A DNA stretch of 63,205 bases, the filler included. It is 8 parts of 8 records of this genome, joined end to end, with 100 filler letters (N's around TTAATTAATTAA, not from the genome) between each part and the next. Parts side by side here need not be neighbours in the genome. Positions count along the whole stretch, not along the records: positions 56,250 to 63,205 come from SRR31147125_24484; 7 more parts are not named here. One strand, written 5' to 3'. Each line of letters starts with the position of its first letter. Positions within the stretch are counted from its first letter, which is position 1. This document shows positions 59,110 to 63,205 of this stretch, one piece after another. The position numbers were made by a program, and so were the translations under genes. Under the pieces are notes generated by a model. The model saw nothing but the letters and a program-made list of their open reading frames with translations. It searched no databases and was not told where the DNA came from.

Positions 59110-59289
59110 TAGTGTCAAGAGCTTTGTGTATCCATCAGTAGCAATTAAATAGTTATGGTTCAAGTATCCCGTTTTTCGACAGTATGCATGGACGGGTTCA
59201 TTTTGTGGGTGCTAGTGCAATTAATAAGCTCAGTTGAAGCGTCTATTGTAGACTTATAATAATAAAGCAGAGCCATAAAAGAACACATG

Positions 59290-59604
59290 CTACATGGCGC
59301 GATTTAGCGGTACAATCCTATCCAGCTGGGACTGGATTTTCCGGCGAGCCAGTTCTGTATCAAGCTTGTTCTGTACACGCAGCCAATAGCCGGTGGACAA
59401 TCCGAAATACTTAGAGAGCCGCAGATCCGTATCCGCTGTTATGGCTCTTCGGCCCGCGACGATTTCACCAATACGCTGGGCGGGTACGTTGATATCCTTT
59501 GCCAGACGATATTTTGTTATGCCTAGTGGAAGAAGAAACTCTTCTCTTAACAATTCGCCTGGTGTGATTGGATCTATTTTGTTTTTTTCTGTTTTCTCTA
59601 TCAT
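59290..59604 (-). CDS. higA: HigA antitoxin (XRE HTH)
   Basis: PGELLREEFL.PLGIT.YRLA, RAITADTDLRL..YFG....W...Q. Confidence 0.95.
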   Translation of the reverse strand: MIEKTEKNKIDPITPGELLREEFLLPLGITKYRLAKDINVPAQRIGEIVAGRRAITADTDLRLSKYFGLSTGYWLRVQNKLDTELARRKIQSQLDRIVPLNRAM

Positions 59605-59615
59605 GTTATCTCCCT

Positions 59616-59894
59616 TCAGTGATAATCACAAATCTCGACATTTTTCGGACCTTGATCAGTCCAAATAAAGCAGAATCGATATTGATCGTTGATGCGAACT
59701 GAATATTGTCCGGCTCTATTGCCTTTCAGCTGTTCTAGTCGATTACCGGGCGGTATTCGAAGATCATCAAGTTTCTCAGCGACATCCAACTGCGTCAACT
59801 TTCTCAGAGCAATCCGCTCAAATTGAACAAATTTTGCCACGCGCTCGAGTCGGGAAAGCTTCTTTGTATTCTTGTCAGCGAATGATTGTATCAT
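59616..59894 (-). CDS. higB: HigB toxin (RelE/ParE family)
   Basis: MIQSFADK.T, LRIPPGNRLEQLKGNRAGQYSVRINDQYR, EI.DYH; toxin precedes antitoxin. Confidence 0.95.
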   Translation of the reverse strand: MIQSFADKNTKKLSRLERVAKFVQFERIALRKLTQLDVAEKLDDLRIPPGNRLEQLKGNRAGQYSVRINDQYRFCFIWTDQGPKNVEICDYH

Positions 59895-59900
59895 ACAAAA

Positions 59901-59929
59901 ATAATAACGCCAAACGTTAATAACGTCAA
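59901..59929 (-). promoter_or_regulatory. higBA promoter with palindromic operator
   Basis: Minus strand TTGACG-17 nt-TATTAT; TAACG-N5-CGTTA at 59905-59919. Confidence 0.7.
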
Positions 59930-60188
59930 GAGTGAGTATTATGACATAAGATATCAATTTAACAACTGATTTTTTGATTTTCATATTATACTTTTTGCTG
60001 TAATGATCGTGTGGGTGATACGTGCAGCCTTGGTAATAATCTAAAGTAAGATTCTTTCAATTCAAAATGGCCAAGCCACACCACACGCCCAGCTCCATCA
60101 CCTCCCAGCTAGAGGGTGTGGATAGGAACAGTAAATCGGTGATTATGACGGGCAATTATGTGATTCTTACTCATCCCCATCCAAGTGA

Positions 60189-60241
60189 TTGACAAATACA
60201 TTACTAAAGGATTAGAATTTAAACATACTAATGCATTAGTA
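60189..60241 (+). promoter_or_regulatory. blaI promoter with two operator palindromes
   Basis: TTGACA-18 nt-TAGAAT; TACTAAAGGATTAGAA (60202-60217) and perfect TACTAATGCATTAGTA (60226-60241). Confidence 0.75.
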
Positions 60242-60265
60242 ATCATATCGACAGAGGGAACGACT

Positions 60266-60670
60266 ATGACGAAACAACAGCTGCCTCGACTATCTGATCG
60301 AGAACTAGAGATCATGAAACTGCTTTGGGAGAATGGGCCCATGAGCGCCGGAGATATAGCCGGGCATTTTTTGAAGATCCGCAAGCAGTTTCGAAACTCT
60401 ACCTATACATTCATAACCAAACTGATCGAAAAAGGTGTTATCCGCAGAGATGATCCCGGATACATCTGTATTCCGCTCTATGAGCAGGTTACTCTGCAGA
60501 TCAATGAAGCCCAGTCCTTTCTGGATAAAGTCTATGATGGATCATTCAATAGCATGTTTGCCCAGTTCGTCCATAAGAAAGCGCTGACTGAACAAGAGAT
60601 AGCAGAACTGCAAAAGCTGATTGACGAGTCAACGAGGGGTGGCAGCAAAGATGATCAACATATTGAATAG
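60266..60670 (+). CDS. blaI: BlaI/MecI/CopY family repressor
   Basis: LSDRELEIMKLLWE, STYTFI.KL.EKG, FLDKVYDGS. Confidence 0.92.
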   Translation: MTKQQLPRLSDRELEIMKLLWENGPMSAGDIAGHFLKIRKQFRNSTYTFITKLIEKGVIRRDDPGYICIPLYEQVTLQINEAQSFLDKVYDGSFNSMFAQFVHKKALTEQEIAELQKLIDESTRGGSKDDQHIE

Positions 60671-62958
60671 CCTGATTAGCATTTTTCAGACCATCCTGAC
60701 CATGAGCCTGACCGCATCGGTGCTAGCAGGAATCATAATACTGCTCCGGCAAACGATTGGCCGTTGGATTAGTTCTCGTAACAAAGCGTTGATCTGGCTA
60801 GTCATAGTTCCCGTTTTGATCATCCCATTTTCAGCAATGCCAATACCAGGTTTTAAATTGAATGATACTATCTCCAATCAGGCAGGATCAGCTTCGATTT
60901 TTCAAGCTGTCAATCAAATCGCACCTGCTCCAATTGAAACTAAAACGATTGACCAAAGTAGCAGTGAATCGCTTGCTCTAAATGAAACCAGGCCAACAAA
61001 TCCGACAAACGCAGGAACAAAATCCAATTCATTAGCAGATCTGCTGAAGTCTCTTTCAACTGCCCAGTTAGTTTGGTTTGCTGCGGCTTGCATTTGGCTC
61101 TTTGGCTTCGTTATTGCTTTATCGGCATTTCTGTTCGGGTTTATCAGAACCTATAGGAAGTTGAAAAAAGATAGCGTGCGAATCAATCCCTCTTGGCAGG
61201 AACAATTCGGGTTATTGTGTGCTCATTTGAAAGTCGATCCGGCATCCATGCAACTGGTCAGTATCATCCAAAACGTCAGCCCATATTTGATTGGGTTCAG
61301 AAAGGTAAGGATTGTAATTCCCGATTCGATTGTACGGAACAGCGACACTAATCAAATTGATGCCATATTGATTCATGAAATGACCCATCTGCGCCATCAT
61401 GATCACATCTTTCGTCTTATCGATTGCCTTCTAATCAGTTTACATTGGTTTAATCCTATTATGTGGATTGCCGTTCGGCTGCATCTAAAAGACTCTGAGT
61501 ACTATTGTGATGCCTCAACACTTGAGTATAAACAGTATATCAACCGATCTGATTATGCCCAGGCTCTTTTGACAACTTCAAAGCAGATCGATGCGATTAA
61601 TTCCAATCATCAAAGTATCTTGTCGGCATCATTTATTGAATCGGGGCTTAGAGGAAGAATTAAGAAGATTCTAAGAAAAATAAAACATTTAAACTCCTAG
61701 GTGTCTTGGCATTGCTAATCTTGGTTGGAGCTATTATCATATTCGTTCCGAACTGGGGCCGGGACAGTGAAGATCCAATTATTCAGATTCAGATCAAGTA
61801 TTTGGAGCAAATGGATTTATATGATATTGAGCCACAAGGAATCAAGCAGTCCTATGAACTCGGATATGATTACATAACGCTCCTGTCAAATACAGCCATT
61901 AACGCAGGGTGGTCTGTACAGGATATAAGAATTATGGATTACATCGGTCAGGAAATTGATGAATACAGTTTTATCGTCAAGGGGCATCCGCTTGACCATA
62001 TCGGGGATTTCAAATCAACGGATGTGACCCTGATGGTTAGTGATGATGAAATCATCGGCGGATACGCAAACCCTAATAATTCAGAAATGATCAGCGGAGT
62101 GTGCTATTCGATTGACGGCAGCCGTCTGTATAGAGAAGATTCTCCATGGCGGTGGACGTATGCCCAGGATATGGCCCAAGATGATATCTATTTTGAAGGG
62201 CTTCAGATTGTTGGAGTTGAGAACTTTAAATACTATGGCTTATCATATGATATTGACTTGAATCAGGACGGCGTTCTTGAAAACATCAAATTTGAATTGT
62301 CAGAGATCATAATGGGAAGCCGTTAACTTGTACGCTGGTTATCAATGATCTTGTTCGTTACCAGCTGTCAGATCAGTTCAATGTATCTTTTGAAAATATT
62401 ATCGTGACTGATCTGGACGAAAATGATGGCGTTTATGATTTGACCTATAGCTACTCAGTTGACGGAAACATGATCAACGAGAGGACGTTATTCCTGTATT
62501 ATGACGGAGCTGAACTCCATGAGCGCGGAACTGTAGAATGCATGTTCCCTGGTCTGGGTTACTGGCTGCTTCTGGACGGCCAAGGCTCTCTGCGAACAAT
62601 TGTCCAGGGCAACGTGTTGCATTCATGGAGTCATCCCAAAGAATTGGAAATTGGCAGTAATGGTTCTTTTCAAGAAACGCAGCAGTTCTATGACATGTAC
62701 AACTATCCATGCAAGATGCTAATTGACCTTCCGATTTATACTGGCATTGAAGACCTTGAACCCACGTCTGTTGTCGAATCGGGCGAACAGATTTATCTGA
62801 TTCAAACAGATGATGATGAATGGGTCCAGCTTTGTACTGCGGATGGAAAACTTGGTTGGTTCCAGGTTTCTGCGCCAGGTACGATACAGCAAGTCAATGT
62901 TGGTGGCTTATATATTGCCAGCGGGGATGTTTTTGACGGATTGTTCTTCGATGGTTAA
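60651..62958 (+). CDS. blaR1: BlaR1/M56 family metallopeptidase with a large non-PBP extracellular domain; frameshifts near 61678 and 62297
   Basis: HEMTH..H.D, HWFNP, E..CD, Y...LL, R.RI. Three ORFs join with one added A each (RKNKTFKLLGVLALL; KFEIVRDHNGKPLTC). Confidence 0.8.
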
Positions 62959-63205
62959 TCATACCGGATCTAGTGCAATAAATCATCTCAGTTGAAGCAT
63001 AATAGTAGAAATATCATATGCATAAAGCAGCAGGTAATTAATCATGCAAGATAGTATCTTCAAATGAAAATTTTCAGTCTGACTTGATCATAATCTGCGT
63101 CCGCTAGTATCAAAGGAATCAACTATTTCTCTGGGGAAATTGTATTAATATAAGTCCCAAGTGTATTATAAAGGCCCAAATTTGATTTTCTTAAGTCAGG
63201 GGGTG

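Noticed and set aside
3098-62300. About 15 frameshifts read as programmed frameshifting, phase variation or mass pseudogenisation
   Set aside because: They occur in seven of the eight unrelated contigs, mostly in short homopolymers, and hit the normally essential lpxB; sequencing error is the simplest explanation.
1-63205. CRISPR arrays, rRNA, tRNA, integrase or transposase genes
   Set aside because: None seen; the repeats in contig 1 exist only at protein level. Reading by eye could miss a short RNA gene.

Overview
This window is not one locus. It is eight unrelated contigs joined by N-run/TTAATTAATTAA linkers: 1-9028, 9129-19088, 19189-25101, 25202-32096, 32197-39629, 39730-45962, 46063-56149 and 56250-63205. 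The source looks like an anaerobic community. About 15 single-base frameshifts, mostly in homopolymer runs, split real genes and look like 454/Ion Torrent errors. (1) A >3,000-aa surface protein, open at both ends, with about 20 tandem Cys-containing DUF11-like repeats and a Pro/Glu stalk. (2) Deltaproteobacterial-type acyl-CoA catabolism genes (fadN-like, fadD, gcdH), a cold-shock gene, a decayed LuxR/receiver pseudogene, a 2-hydroxyacid dehydrogenase and rssA. (3) An MCP, a hybrid histidine kinase, an orphan periplasmic binding protein and an unannotated cytochrome c3 3' end. (4) An MSHA pilus operon, mshJKLMNEG. (5) A TonB-dependent receptor with a leader terminator, a remnant of a second receptor, a SAM methyltransferase, and a ~1,015-aa radical SAM / ArsM-like / Cys-rich DUF5714-like fusion; this fusion is the best candidate for an undescribed system. 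(6) A Firmicutes mobile-element-type parAB plus Tad/Flp pilus cluster. (7) Bacteroidetes gldF-gldG fusion, lpxB, surE, a two-component pair and an S9 peptidase. (8) Firmicutes-type NERD nuclease, higBA and blaI-blaR1-like genes. Taxonomic labels and family names come from recognised motifs, not from database searches.
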